From contig JBNDKG010000006.1 in assembly GCA_050435405.1 (NCBI GenBank), positions 3,994 through 35,993 of the forward strand: a DNA stretch of 32,000 nucleotides, given 5' to 3'. The notes beneath the pieces are model-generated. The model was not told where the DNA came from and did not search any database. It saw nothing but the letters and a program-made list of their open reading frames with translations. The stretch is from Clostridiales Family XIII bacterium PM5-7. Its GTDB lineage: Bacteria > Bacillota > Clostridia > Peptostreptococcales > Anaerovoracaceae. Of this stretch, positions 16,714-26,565 are shown piece by piece. The position numbers and the translations under genes are program-made. Position 1 is the first letter of the stretch. Every line of letters starts with the position of its first letter.

Positions 16714-18885
16714 CTAAAACTTCATCGTCAAGGCGATTTTCTGTTTTTCCCTGTCGATGCTTAGTATTTTTACTTTAACTGTATCTCCTACAGAAACCAC
16801 GTCCATTGGGTGTTTTACAAACTTATCGCTTAATTGCGATACATGAACTAGGCCGTCTTGCTTAACGCCTATGTCAACAAACGCACCAAAATCCACAACG
16901 TTCCTTACCGTTCCCGTCATTTCCATATCAACCTTTAAATCCTCAAAGCTTCTCACGTCATTTCTGAAGATGACTGGTGGCGCATCTTCTCGAGGGTCTC
17001 TTGCTGGCTTCTTCATTTCTGCAATAATGTCGGCTAAGGTCATTTGACCTATCCCTACATCCTCAGCCATTTTCGCAATGCTCTCTGATAAGGATTTAGC
17101 TGGGTAGGCTTTCCAGATTTTATCATCAAGCTCTTTTACCCCGCCTCCAGCAATTTCTTCTTTACTGATGCCGACTTTTTTCATGATTTCTTCAGCCGCC
17201 TTATAGGATTCAGGATGGACTGATGTGCTGTCCAAAGGTTCTTTTCCGTCTGCAATACGCATAAATCCCGCACATTGCTTATATGCTTTTTCTCCTAGCT
17301 TTGCCACCTTCATCAGCTCTTTTCTCTGCTGGAAGCGACCTTTTTCTTCTCGATATGCCACAATGTTTTTGGCAATACCCATATTCACGCCTGCAATATA
17401 GGAGAGCAGTGACGGAGATGCCGTATTCAAATCTACGCCTACTCGGTTTACGCAGTCTTCCACTACATTGGTCAATGCATTGTCTAGCTGCTTTTGGTTG
17501 ATGTCATGCTGATATTGTCCCACGCCGATGTGCTTAGGATCAATTTTTACCAATTCCGCCAGAGGGTCCTGCAATCTCTTTCCGAGAGACATCGCACCTC
17601 TTGTGGTTACATCCAAATCAGGGTATTCCTCAGTTGCCAGTTTGGATGCGGAGTAAACCGAAGCGCCTGCTTCGTTGACGATGGTGTACTGAATATCGTA
17701 ATCATGTTTTTTCAAGAAATTGGACACCACTTCTTCAGTTTCTCTAGATGCCGTTCCATTTCCAATAACGATAATATCGGTATGATATTTTTCAATGATT
17801 TTCTGCAAGGTTCTTTCCGTTCCCGCAACATCATTTCTTGGCTGCGTTGGATAAATGGTCGTATAACCGACCAGCTTTCCAGTGTCGTTTAGCACGGCTA
17901 CCTTACAACCTGTTCGATAACCTGGGTCGATGCTGATGATGTTCTTCCCCTTTACTGGTGGCACCATTAACAGCTTCTCTGTATTTTTGGCAAATACCTT
18001 TACCGCGTCCAGCTCAGCCCGTTCCGTTAACGTGTTTCTCATTTCTCGCTCAATGGATGGCGCGATTAACCGTTTATAGGAATCCGCTATCGTATCCTTT
18101 AGCAGCTGGCCAAAAATCGACTGATTTCTAATGATACGCTTTTCGATTAAGCCGGTGATGGCTTCGCTATCCATCGTTACCTTCACCTTAAGTTTTTTCT
18201 CTTTTTCGCCGCGGTTCACCGCTAAGACTCTATGATTTGGCATTTTCGCAATGGCTTCACTGCTGCCGTAATACATATCAAAAACTGTTTTTTCTTCCGC
18301 ATCTACTGCTTCAGTGGAAATCTGGCCCTTGGCATAAGTGGTTTCTCTGATTTCCTTAGTCAAATCTGGATCGTCAGCGATGGTCTCTGCAATAATGTCC
18401 ATGGCACCTTGAATGGCTTCTTCTACAGTTTCTACGCCTTTTTCTTGGTCAACAAAGTCTGCCGCTAGCGCCTCAACCGTACCATCGGTTTTTTGCTGTG
18501 CATAGAAAATCATGGCCAATGGCTCTAATCCTTTTTCCTTTGCCTTAGATGCTCTCGTGGCTTTCTTTTGCTTATATGGTTTGTATAAATCCTCCACACG
18601 CTGGAGCACTTCTGCTTTTTCGATTTCCCCTTTTAGGTCATCGGTCAGTTTACCTTGTTCTTCAATCAGACGAATGACTTCTTCTTTTCGCTCACTAAGG
18701 TTGCGTAAATATTGCAGTCTCTCCTCCATATCACGAAGAACCACATCGGTTAATCCACCAGTGACTTCTTTTCGATAACGGGCAATAAACGGAATGGTGT
18801 TCCCATCATCAATGAGATTTACCGTGTTTTCCACCTGAGAAGTTTTTACTTTAAATTCGCTTGCTAGTTTTTCAATAATCTTCAT
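16714..18885 (-). CDS. tex: Tex-family transcription accessory protein (YqgF/HhH/S1 domains)
   Basis: 723 aa. The N-terminus matches Tex (TIPFIARYRKE.TGGL), the middle has a YqgF-like region (ISIDPGYRTGCKVAVL), and the C-terminus has an S1 domain (GTVRNVVDFGAFVDIGVKQDGLVHVSQL). Confidence 0.9.
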   Translation of the reverse strand: MKIIEKLASEFKVKTSQVENTVNLIDDGNTIPFIARYRKEVTGGLTDVVLRDMEERLQYLRNLSERKEEVIRLIEEQGKLTDDLKGEIEKAEVLQRVEDLYKPYKQKKATRASKAKEKGLEPLAMIFYAQQKTDGTVEALAADFVDQEKGVETVEEAIQGAMDIIAETIADDPDLTKEIRETTYAKGQISTEAVDAEEKTVFDMYYGSSEAIAKMPNHRVLAVNRGEKEKKLKVKVTMDSEAITGLIEKRIIRNQSIFGQLLKDTIADSYKRLIAPSIEREMRNTLTERAELDAVKVFAKNTEKLLMVPPVKGKNIISIDPGYRTGCKVAVLNDTGKLVGYTTIYPTQPRNDVAGTERTLQKIIEKYHTDIIVIGNGTASRETEEVVSNFLKKHDYDIQYTIVNEAGASVYSASKLATEEYPDLDVTTRGAMSLGKRLQDPLAELVKIDPKHIGVGQYQHDINQKQLDNALTNVVEDCVNRVGVDLNTASPSLLSYIAGVNMGIAKNIVAYREEKGRFQQRKELMKVAKLGEKAYKQCAGFMRIADGKEPLDSTSVHPESYKAAEEIMKKVGISKEEIAGGGVKELDDKIWKAYPAKSLSESIAKMAEDVGIGQMTLADIIAEMKKPARDPREDAPPVIFRNDVRSFEDLKVDMEMTGTVRNVVDFGAFVDIGVKQDGLVHVSQLSDKFVKHPMDVVSVGDTVKVKILSIDREKQKIALTMKF

Positions 18886-18898
18886 TCATTTTCCTTTT

Positions 18899-19997
18899 TT
18901 ACTTGGCCTTCAACTTTTCATTGATGAAATAGTCGATATCGCCATCCATAACTGCATTGACATTGCCGACTTCAGCGTTGGTTCTATGGTCCTTAACCAT
19001 GGTATATGGCTGAAATACGTACGATCTAATCTGCGATCCCCAAGTGGTCAGTGAGAAATCGCCTTTCAATTCTTTTAAACTTTCCTTATGCTCCTGTTCC
19101 TTTAGCTCCGTTAGCTTGGCTGCCAGAATTTTCATCGCAACCTCTTTGTTTTGATGCTGACTTCGCTCATTTTGACAGGTAACCACGATGTTTGTCGGAA
19201 GATGGGTAATACGAATCGCCGAATCGGTTTTGTTGACGTGCTGTCCACCAGCGCCGCTGCTTCGATAGGTATCAATGCGCAAATCCTCCGGATCAATCTC
19301 TATGGTTAAGTCATCTTCAATCTCGGGCATAACCTCCAGCGAGGCAAAGGATGTCTGCCGCTTTCCAGCTGCATTAAAGGGAGAAATTCTCACCAATCGG
19401 TGAACACCTTTTTCATTCTTCAAGTAGCCGTAAGCGTTTTCTCCATCGACAATGAGGGTAGCACTTTTGATGCCTGCCTCTGTATCGTTTTGTAAATCCA
19501 CCAAGGTGGTCTTATATCCTTTCTTTTCTGCCCAACGGGTATACATTCGTAGCAGCATTTCTGCCCAGTCCATGGCATCGACGCCACCAGTTCCTGCGTG
19601 AATAGAGATGATGGCACTGTTGTGATCATACTTTCCGTCGAGCAAAGTCGCCAGCTTTAACTCCTCCAAACGATCGGTTAGGTCAGCAAAGTTCTTTACA
19701 ATTGCGTTGGCTTCTTCCTCATCGTCCATTTCTTCCGCTAGCTCAATAAGCTCACCCGTATCCTCCAACCCTGTTCGCAGGGTCTCATACTGTTCAACAG
19801 TGGTTTCCAGGTTCTTTTTCTTTTTTAATAACGACTGTGCAGCTTCTGGATTATCCCAAAAGCCTTCCTGCTCAGTTTGTTTATTGATTTCTTCTAATTT
19901 CGCTCTTAGACTGGCTAGGTCAAAGAGACTCACCTACCTCTAACAGTTTTGCCTTCGCATCGGGCAGCTCCTGTCTGATCTGATCCAATTGAATCAT
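18899..19997 (-). CDS. prfB: Peptide chain release factor 2, expressed through a programmed +1 ribosomal frameshift
   Basis: ORF1 (ATG at 19997, RBS AAGGAGTGA) encodes MIQLDQIRQELPDAKAKLLEVGESL and stops at a TGA (19922-19920). Frame +1 continues DLASLRAKLEE... through SPF and the GGQ motif (SGAGGQHVNKTDSAIR). The joined product is about 365 aa. Confidence 0.92.
19919..19940 (-). promoter_or_regulatory. prfB +1 frameshift site (internal Shine-Dalgarno-like element plus CUU UGA C)
   Basis: The minus strand reads GAGGTAGGTGAG TCT CTT TGA C. A Shine-Dalgarno-like AGGTGA lies 3 nt upstream of the slippery CTT, which is followed by the in-frame TGA and then C. This is the canonical RF2 autoregulatory arrangement. 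Confidence 0.9.
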
Positions 19998-20055
19998 CGG
20001 TATCACTCCTTTACTTAAAATCGTGGCATTGCTCACCATAGGAAAGGGAAGAAAC

Positions 20056-22818
20056 TTACTCGTTTCTTCCGCAACAATTCTTATACTTCTTTCCACTTCC
20101 ACATGGACAAGGGTCGTTTCTTCCTACTTTAGGTTGATCCCTTCTCACGGTATGTGGCTTGCTTTCTCTTTCTGGAATCTGCGCTCCTTCTGGAAGCTCT
20201 CCATTTCCTTGCATAGCGTTTACTGCATCATCATCAACAAACTCGGATTTGATGGCACGTCCACCTTGCATTACGGCTCTTCTTTCCGTTTTGGTTTCCA
20301 TGGTTACACTATAGCAGTATTTCACAGTGTCTTCTTGGATTGCACTGATCATCTGCTCGAACATATCAAAGCCTTCTTTAGAGTATGCTGCTGCAGGGTC
20401 CTGTTGTCCCAATGCACGTAAACCGATACCGGATTTCAACTGATCCATAGCGTCAATGTGATCCATCCACATGTTGTCAACAACACGAAGCAAAATCATA
20501 CGCTCCACTTCTCTCATCTGTTCGATGCCGATTTCCGCTTCTTTCTCATCATATAATCTATCGAATTCTCCACAGATATCCTCTCTCAGAGATTCTTCAG
20601 TCATGGATTGTAGCTCATCGTTGCTGTAGTTTGTTTTGCCAACGTATCGATCGGTCATCTTCTTCAAATTTCTGTTTAGGGTAACAAAATCCCATTCTTC
20701 TGGGTATTTGGAATCCAAAACAATTGGATCAATAATGGCATTGATGATGCCATGAGCCATGTTTCTGATGTATTCGCGTAGGTCTTCTCCAAAGAGTACT
20801 CTTCTACGTTCACCGTAAATGATTTCTCTCTGTTTATTCATGACATTGTCATACTGCAATACGTATTTTCTGATGCCGAAGTTTTTCCCTTCAACTCGTT
20901 TTTGTGCGCCTTCAATGGCTCTAGATAGTACGCCAGCTTCAATGGCTTCGTCCTCTTCTAGTCCCATTTTGCTCACAATGCCCTGCATTCTTTCTCCGCC
21001 GAAAAGTCTAATCAATTCGTCTTCGAGGGAAATGAAGAATTGTGTCTGGCCTGGGTCGCCCTGACGTCCAGAACGTCCACGAAGCTGATTGTCAATACGT
21101 CTTGACTCATGACGTTCAGTACCTAGAATGCAAAGTCCGCCTAGGTCAACGACTTGTTTCTGCTCGTCTTTTCTCTCTTCCTTGAACTGTTCATGAAGCT
21201 GGTTGAATTTTTCTCGCGCTTCATTGAGTTCTGCGTCATCAGATTTTACAAAGCTAGTTGCAAAGGAAATGGCTTCTTCGCTATATCCTTGCTTTCTCAT
21301 TTCTTTCTTCGCTTCGAATTCTGGGTTTCCGCCGAGAATAATGTCGGTGCCTCGACCTGCCATATTGGTCGCAATGGTGACCATTCCATATCGGCCTGCT
21401 TCAGCAACAATTTCCGCTTCCTTATCATGCTGCTTCGCATTGAGGACATTGTGCTTTACCCCATGCTTGTTCAGCATAGAACTGATCAGCTCTGATTTTT
21501 CAATGGAAATGGTACCAACCAAAATCGGTTGCCCTGTAGCATGAACTTCAGCAACTCTTTTGGCAATGGCCATAATCTTACCCTTTTCTGTCTGATAAAC
21601 AGAATCGTCCAAGTCTTCTCTGGCAATCGGCTTATTGGTCGGAATCACCACAACGTCCATGTTATAGATGTCTCTAAATTCATCTTCCTCAGTTTTCGCT
21701 GTACCGGTCATACCTGCCAGCTTATTGTACATACGGAAGTAGTTTTGTAAGGTAATGGTCGCTAAGGTTTTAGATTCAGAACGAACCAACACCCTTTCCT
21801 TTGCTTCTATCGCCTGATGAAGTCCGTTAGAGTATCTTCGGCCAAACATCAAACGTCCAGTAAACTCGTCAACGATGACAATTTCGCCATCTTTTACGAT
21901 ATAGTTAACATCTCTCTCCATCAAGTTTCTCGCTTTTAAGGCTTGTAATACGTGATGGTTGATTTCCATATTCTCAGGGTCACCAAAGTTGTCTACGTTG
22001 AAAAATGCTTCTGCTTTTTCGATACCCGTATCGGTTAGTGCCACCTGCTCATCTTTTTCTTCCACAGTGTAGTCTGCTTCTTTGACTAAGGTAACGACAA
22101 ACTTGTCAGCGGTTTTGTATAAATCAGTAGATTTATCTCCCTGTCCAGAAATGATCAACGGTGTTCTCGCCTCATCAATTAAGATGGAGTCAACTTCGTC
22201 GATGATGGCATAATTCATTTCTCTTTGGGTCAACTCTTCCTGATAGGTCACCATGTTGTCCCTTAGATAATCAAATCCAAATTCGTTGTTGGTTCCATAA
22301 GTGATGTCTGCTCGATATGCTGCTTTTCTTTCAGCATCCGTAATGCCATGAACAACACAGCCTACGGTTAATCCAAGAAAGCTATATAGCTTTCCCATCC
22401 ACTCAGCGTCACGCTTTGCTAGATAGTCATTGACCGTAATGACGTGAACGCCTTTTCCATCTAACGCATTTAGGTATGCGGCCAAAGTCGCCACCAAAGT
22501 CTTACCTTCACCGGTTTTCATTTCGGCGATTCTGCCTTGGTGAAGGGCGATACCTCCAATAATCTGCACGCGGAAGTGCTTCATGCCTAAGCTTCTTACT
22601 GCACCTTCTCTACATACAGCAAATGCTTCAGGAAGAAGGTTGTCTAGACTCTCTCCGTTTTGGATTCTCTCTTTAAATTCAAAGGTTTTTCCCTTCAATT
22701 CTTCATCAGAAAGCGCCTGGGTTTGTTCGTCCAACGCCTCTACTTGATCTGCAATTTTTCCAATCTTCTTCACCTCTTTTTCATTGAGATCACCGAAGAT
22801 TTTTTCCATTAGTCCCAT
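20056..22818 (-). CDS. secA: Preprotein translocase ATPase SecA
   Basis: 920 aa. Recognisable elements are DEAD-like motor motifs ([43 protein letters not shown]) and the C-terminal zinc finger [14 protein letters not shown]. Confidence 0.97.
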   Translation of the reverse strand: MGLMEKIFGDLNEKEVKKIGKIADQVEALDEQTQALSDEELKGKTFEFKERIQNGESLDNLLPEAFAVCREGAVRSLGMKHFRVQIIGGIALHQGRIAEMKTGEGKTLVATLAAYLNALDGKGVHVITVNDYLAKRDAEWMGKLYSFLGLTVGCVVHGITDAERKAAYRADITYGTNNEFGFDYLRDNMVTYQEELTQREMNYAIIDEVDSILIDEARTPLIISGQGDKSTDLYKTADKFVVTLVKEADYTVEEKDEQVALTDTGIEKAEAFFNVDNFGDPENMEINHHVLQALKARNLMERDVNYIVKDGEIVIVDEFTGRLMFGRRYSNGLHQAIEAKERVLVRSESKTLATITLQNYFRMYNKLAGMTGTAKTEEDEFRDIYNMDVVVIPTNKPIAREDLDDSVYQTEKGKIMAIAKRVAEVHATGQPILVGTISIEKSELISSMLNKHGVKHNVLNAKQHDKEAEIVAEAGRYGMVTIATNMAGRGTDIILGGNPEFEAKKEMRKQGYSEEAISFATSFVKSDDAELNEAREKFNQLHEQFKEERKDEQKQVVDLGGLCILGTERHESRRIDNQLRGRSGRQGDPGQTQFFISLEDELIRLFGGERMQGIVSKMGLEEDEAIEAGVLSRAIEGAQKRVEGKNFGIRKYVLQYDNVMNKQREIIYGERRRVLFGEDLREYIRNMAHGIINAIIDPIVLDSKYPEEWDFVTLNRNLKKMTDRYVGKTNYSNDELQSMTEESLREDICGEFDRLYDEKEAEIGIEQMREVERMILLRVVDNMWMDHIDAMDQLKSGIGLRALGQQDPAAAYSKEGFDMFEQMISAIQEDTVKYCYSVTMETKTERRAVMQGGRAIKSEFVDDDAVNAMQGNGELPEGAQIPERESKPHTVRRDQPKVGRNDPCPCGSGKKYKNCCGRNE

Positions 22819-22822
22819 GGTA

Positions 22823-24112
22823 TTAATTCCCCTTTCTATTCTGCTCTTCTTCAGGTATAACCGTTACCCTTAGGTTGATTTCTATCGCTTTTCTTTCATC
22901 GGCCTTTGTTACTCTGCCGTTAAATACTTTATTTCCGACTTCGTATTGAAATTCATCTCCTGCTTGTGGCAGCTTATCTAGCTGCAATACGACCCACCCA
23001 TTTACGGTAGTGGCATCAAGATCAACCTCTTCATCGAAGTAGTCAAACATTTTCTCCACGTTGGTGCTACACAATACGCGAAAACTTCCGTCCTGTAGCT
23101 CTGTGATTTCTTGAGACACCACTTCGTCGTGTTCATCATAAATCTCGCCAACTAGCTCTTCAATAATATCTTCCATTGTGACAAGACCAGCTGTTCCACC
23201 GTACTCGTCAACAATGATGGCGATATGGCATTTGCTAATCTGTAGTTTTTTCAACAAGTCTGCAGCTCTCATGGACCCTGCAACGTAAACTACTGGCTTT
23301 ACATAATCCGATATGGTTTTCTTGGAACCAGCAATATAGTTGTGGAAGTCCTTCTGATTTAGGACGCCAAGGATTTTGTCTAAGTCCCCTTCGAATACTG
23401 GGAGTCTGGAGAAGCCTGTGTCTAAAAATAGTTTAGCCACATCCTTTTTCGTAGACCCAAGCTCAATGGCCTTAATATCTACACGAGGGGTTAACACATC
23501 CCATGCCTCTAGTTCATTAAACTCAATTGCATTTTGGATCAATTCGCTTTGTCCTGCTTCTATGCTGCCTTCGGTTTCTGCTTCTTCTATCATGGTCAGC
23601 AATTCATCTTCAGTAATGGTTCTGCTATCTTGACCTTTGAAAAAGATTTTAGACAATAGCTTTTTCCATTGACTGAATAACCAGTTGATTGGTGTTAATA
23701 CAATCATGATTACCTTGATGATTGGTGCTGAAAACATGGCAAATCGCTCTGGGCTCTCTTTCGCTAGACTTTTCGGCGAAACTTCGCCAAAAATTAACAC
23801 AACCACTGTGATTACTGCAGTCGAAATTGTCGTGCCATACGCTCCGAATAGCTGAACAAATAAAACTGTAGCAACAGCAGTCATGCCGATATTTACCAAA
23901 TTATTGCCGATGAGAATCGTAGATAGCACGTTACCATAATTGGCTTCTAATTCCAACACCCGCGCCGCTTTCTTATTCCCATCATTGGCAAGGTTCTTCA
24001 ATCTGATTCGATTAATTGAGGTGAACGCCGTTTCCGTTGCGGAAAAATAAGCCGATAACACCAAAAAAACCACAATAATACCAATTGAATATCCTAAACT
24101 GTGACTGTCCAT
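22823..24112 (-). CDS. CNNM/HlyC-CorC family transporter (DUF21 + CBS pair + CorC_HlyC)
   Basis: 429 aa. It has an N-terminal four-helix DUF21 region, a CBS-pair region (TPRVDI...; [28 protein letters not shown]) and a C-terminal CorC/HlyC transporter-associated domain. Confidence 0.85.
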   Translation of the reverse strand: MDSHSLGYSIGIIVVFLVLSAYFSATETAFTSINRIRLKNLANDGNKKAARVLELEANYGNVLSTILIGNNLVNIGMTAVATVLFVQLFGAYGTTISTAVITVVVLIFGEVSPKSLAKESPERFAMFSAPIIKVIMIVLTPINWLFSQWKKLLSKIFFKGQDSRTITEDELLTMIEEAETEGSIEAGQSELIQNAIEFNELEAWDVLTPRVDIKAIELGSTKKDVAKLFLDTGFSRLPVFEGDLDKILGVLNQKDFHNYIAGSKKTISDYVKPVVYVAGSMRAADLLKKLQISKCHIAIIVDEYGGTAGLVTMEDIIEELVGEIYDEHDEVVSQEITELQDGSFRVLCSTNVEKMFDYFDEEVDLDATTVNGWVVLQLDKLPQAGDEFQYEVGNKVFNGRVTKADERKAIEINLRVTVIPEEEQNRKGN

Positions 24113-24158
24113 ATGTAAAGATTTCCTCCTATTTCTTATACAATACTTGTAACATAAT

Positions 24159-24167
24159 ATTTTAGCA
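24159..24167 (-). promoter_or_regulatory. Putative extended -10 promoter for the CNNM-secA-prfB-tex-HAD-addB gene string
   Basis: The minus strand reads TGcTAAAAT about 45 nt upstream of the CNNM ATG. The -35 region (TTTATT) is poor. Confidence 0.35.
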
Positions 24168-24248
24168 TATTTTTGTGTAGAAATAAAGGAGTTTGCAGAA
24201 ATTCTAGGGCTTTCGAGATAGTTTTGTTTCCTATTTTTCGTAAAGATG

Positions 24249-24257
24249 TGGTATACT
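24249..24257 (+). promoter_or_regulatory. Putative extended -10 promoter for birA
   Basis: TGgTATACT ends 26 nt upstream of the birA ATG. I found no convincing -35 hexamer. Confidence 0.4.
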
Positions 24258-24283
24258 ATAAAAAAATCAAGGAGGATGCCTCT

Positions 24284-25261
24284 ATGTCAACTAAATCCGA
24301 TTTGCTGAAGCTGCTACAACTGCATACTGGCGCTTTTCTTTCCGGTCAAAAAATCGGAGAGGAATTGCACGTTTCCAGAAATGCCATTTGGAAAGCAATC
24401 GAACAGCTGAAAGTAGAAGGATATAGCATCGAAAGCAAAACCCGTATGGGCTATCGACTAAAATCCAATTCTAATATGCTATCTACCGCTGGTATTTCAG
24501 GCCACCTTCGTGTGCCTTGTGACCTACAAATATATGACACTGTAGACTCAACCAACAATGTGGCGAAAACGTTGGTTCCTAGGAGCAAGCCGACGGTAAT
24601 CCTTGCCAACAAGCAAACCGATGGCCGTGGCCGATTAGGCCGTTCTTTCGCCTCGCCTGCTGGCACTGGTTTATATCTGACGATTTCTCTGAAGCCAGAT
24701 TTTGATTTGGACAAAGCCTTGTATGTTACCATGGCGGCGGCAGTTGCCGTTTGTCGCGGAATACAAACCGTAGTAGGCGTAAGCGGAAAAATCAAATGGG
24801 TCAACGATATCTTTTGCGACAATCGAAAAGTCTGCGGCATTCTAACAGAAGCGCAAACCAATTTTGAAACCGGGAAAATCGATAATTTAATCATCGGCAT
24901 CGGCATTAATTGCTTCCCCGGAAATTTCCCAGAAGAGCTATCGGACCAAATCGGTTGTTTGTCCCCAGTGAAGAATTCCTTTTCAAGAAATCAATTGGCT
25001 GCGGAAATCATCAACGAGACCATGGAAATCTTAGACGATTTACAGTCTAAACGATTCCTTCGCGAGTATCGAACCAAGTGCTTCATCCTCGGTAAAAACA
25101 TTATCGTTCATCCAAACTTAAATGGGGAAAAAGCCTACAAAGCTCGCGCTATAGATATCGACGAAAACGGAGGATTGGTCATTGAGCATATGGGTGGGCT
25201 AATGGCAAGGCAAATGGAAACCCTCACTACTGGAGAAATATCCATAAAAATCGAATCTTAA
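24284..25261 (+). CDS. birA: Bifunctional biotin--[acetyl-CoA-carboxylase] ligase / biotin operon repressor BirA
   Basis: 325 aa counted from the ATG at 24284, which follows an AAGGAGGA RBS. It has an N-terminal winged helix-turn-helix (GQKIGEELHVSRNAIWKAIEQLKVEGYSIES), the biotin-binding loop QTDGRGRLGRSF, and KWVNDI...KVCGILTE. Confidence 0.9.
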   Translation: MSTKSDLLKLLQLHTGAFLSGQKIGEELHVSRNAIWKAIEQLKVEGYSIESKTRMGYRLKSNSNMLSTAGISGHLRVPCDLQIYDTVDSTNNVAKTLVPRSKPTVILANKQTDGRGRLGRSFASPAGTGLYLTISLKPDFDLDKALYVTMAAAVAVCRGIQTVVGVSGKIKWVNDIFCDNRKVCGILTEAQTNFETGKIDNLIIGIGINCFPGNFPEELSDQIGCLSPVKNSFSRNQLAAEIINETMEILDDLQSKRFLREYRTKCFILGKNIIVHPNLNGEKAYKARAIDIDENGGLVIEHMGGLMARQMETLTTGEISIKIES

Positions 25262-25326
25262 TACGCAGCATATACATAATTATGCGCCTGTTTTCTGTCA
25301 ATCTGAAAGCAGTTTTCCCCATAGTG

Positions 25327-25365
25327 AAGCCGATTTTATCACAAAATCGGCTTTTTTGTTTTTTT
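25327..25365 (+). terminator. Rho-independent terminator after birA
   Basis: AAGCCGATTTT-ATCAC-AAAATCGGCTT forms an 11-bp perfect stem, followed by TTTTGTTTTTTT. Confidence 0.8.
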
Positions 25366-25602
25366 AGTGATAATTTTTTTCTGGAAGCACACTGGAAAAC
25401 GCAATAAATGCCTTTGAATTTTCTGTGGCCGTTCCCAAAAGTCACGAATCCCTTTATCTCGTCGGAGTATCCATGAATAATTATGCAAAGTCCAGCCCTT
25501 TGATGCATAAAAAATGTATAAACATTGGATGCCGTGAAAATGACTCTAGAGACTTATCACCATTTTTCAAAAAAAGCTATTTTTGTGATAATCCATTCTC
25601 TC

Positions 25603-25637
25603 ATACAAAAAGCCACGCATTTTTTCAATACATGGCT
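25603..25637 (-). terminator. Putative rho-independent terminator after the HD-GYP gene and cob cluster
   Basis: The minus strand reads AGCCATG-(13-nt loop)-CGTGGCT followed by TTTTGT. The single wobble is G.U only on the minus strand. It lies 10 nt after the stop codon. Confidence 0.5.
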
Positions 25638-25647
25638 TTACTGTTTA

Positions 25648-26544
25648 TTATTCTAATGCAATCACATAGGCCAGCTTGCCTTCGTCGATGGTAAGAAACC
25701 GATTAACAAACTCCCTATCTAGCTGGGTTCCCGCAGCTTCTTTCATGATTTCCACTGCTTTCTCATGTGGCATTCCTTTTCTATAGACTCGATCTGTGCA
25801 TAAGGCAGAATATGTGTCTGCTATGGCAATCAGCTTTGACTCTACTGGAATGGCCCCTCCTGCCAACCCATAGTATCCATTACCGTCAACACGTTCATGA
25901 TGATAGAGCACCCAGTCGCTGATTTCAGCGTAGCAGGTGTCCTCTAACATTTTCTTGCCGTTAAATGGATGGGTTTTAATCGTTTCCCATTCCTCTTCAT
26001 TGAGTTTTCCTGGTTTGTTTAAAATTCCATCTTGAATGCTGATTTTCCCTATGTCATGAAGCATGGCTGCATCCAGCAGTTTGGATTTGATTATTTTCTC
26101 CTGCAAATACGGATCTAGTGCCTCATAAAGCAACTCCACCAATCCATAAACATGCTCAGAATGACCTTTGGTGTAGGCATCTTTCATTTCAATAGCATTA
26201 ACAAAAGCCCTCATGGTTTCTATGGTCTTCTCGCGAAGGCGTGTTGCCATATCCCTTTGGTTTTCTATGGAAAAGAAAACGAACAAAGAACCAAAGAAGA
26301 AAATCAACGCAAAAAAGTAATACACTGGGTCCACACCTCGAATGAGGGTATCTGCTATTCCCACACCAAACCCTGCTACGGATACGTATAGAAACACCAA
26401 CACCATTCTCTCAGTAACGTGGCTGTGGCGTTGTTTTTCATAGGTTTCTTCAGCCATAAACTTCAGCAAACCATGATACTTATGAATGGTAAACATCATA
26501 ATGATTGCGCCAATGGCTATTGGAATCGTTGCTAATAGTTGCAT
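25648..26544 (-). CDS. Membrane-anchored HD-GYP domain protein (putative c-di-GMP phosphodiesterase)
   Basis: 298 aa with about three N-terminal transmembrane helices. The HD domain shows KGHSEHV, MLHDIGK and HHERVDGNGYYGL; the GYP triplet reads GYY here. Confidence 0.8.
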   Translation of the reverse strand: MQLLATIPIAIGAIIMMFTIHKYHGLLKFMAEETYEKQRHSHVTERMVLVFLYVSVAGFGVGIADTLIRGVDPVYYFFALIFFFGSLFVFFSIENQRDMATRLREKTIETMRAFVNAIEMKDAYTKGHSEHVYGLVELLYEALDPYLQEKIIKSKLLDAAMLHDIGKISIQDGILNKPGKLNEEEWETIKTHPFNGKKMLEDTCYAEISDWVLYHHERVDGNGYYGLAGGAIPVESKLIAIADTYSALCTDRVYRKGMPHEKAVEIMKEAAGTQLDREFVNRFLTIDEGKLAYVIALE

Positions 26545-26565
26545 AGGTACAAACCCTCTCTTCTT

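Noticed and set aside
18899-20102. Track ORFs 19920..20102 (60 aa, MEVERS...) and 18899..19933 (344 aa, MSLFDL...) as two independent genes.
   Set aside because: They are the two frames of prfB. The real start is the RBS-preceded ATG at 19997 (MIQLDQ...). The MEVERS extension overlaps the secA 3' end without an RBS, and the MSLFDL start is an artefact of the +1 frame.
24173-24283. A 37-codon N-terminal extension of birA (MCRNKGVCRNS...).
   Set aside because: The extension has no RBS and runs through the AT-rich promoter region and the extended -10. The ATG at 24284 has an AAGGAGGA RBS and gives a normal BirA N-terminal helix-turn-helix.
25366-25602. The roughly 240-nt spacer between the convergent birA and HD-GYP terminators, as a possible sRNA or small gene (track ORFs 25227..25508 and 25425..25694).
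   Set aside because: No convincing -35/-10 pair, RBS or terminator lies inside the spacer. The two track ORFs overlap each other and the terminators, and their translations show no recognisable features. A real transcript cannot be excluded without RNA-seq.
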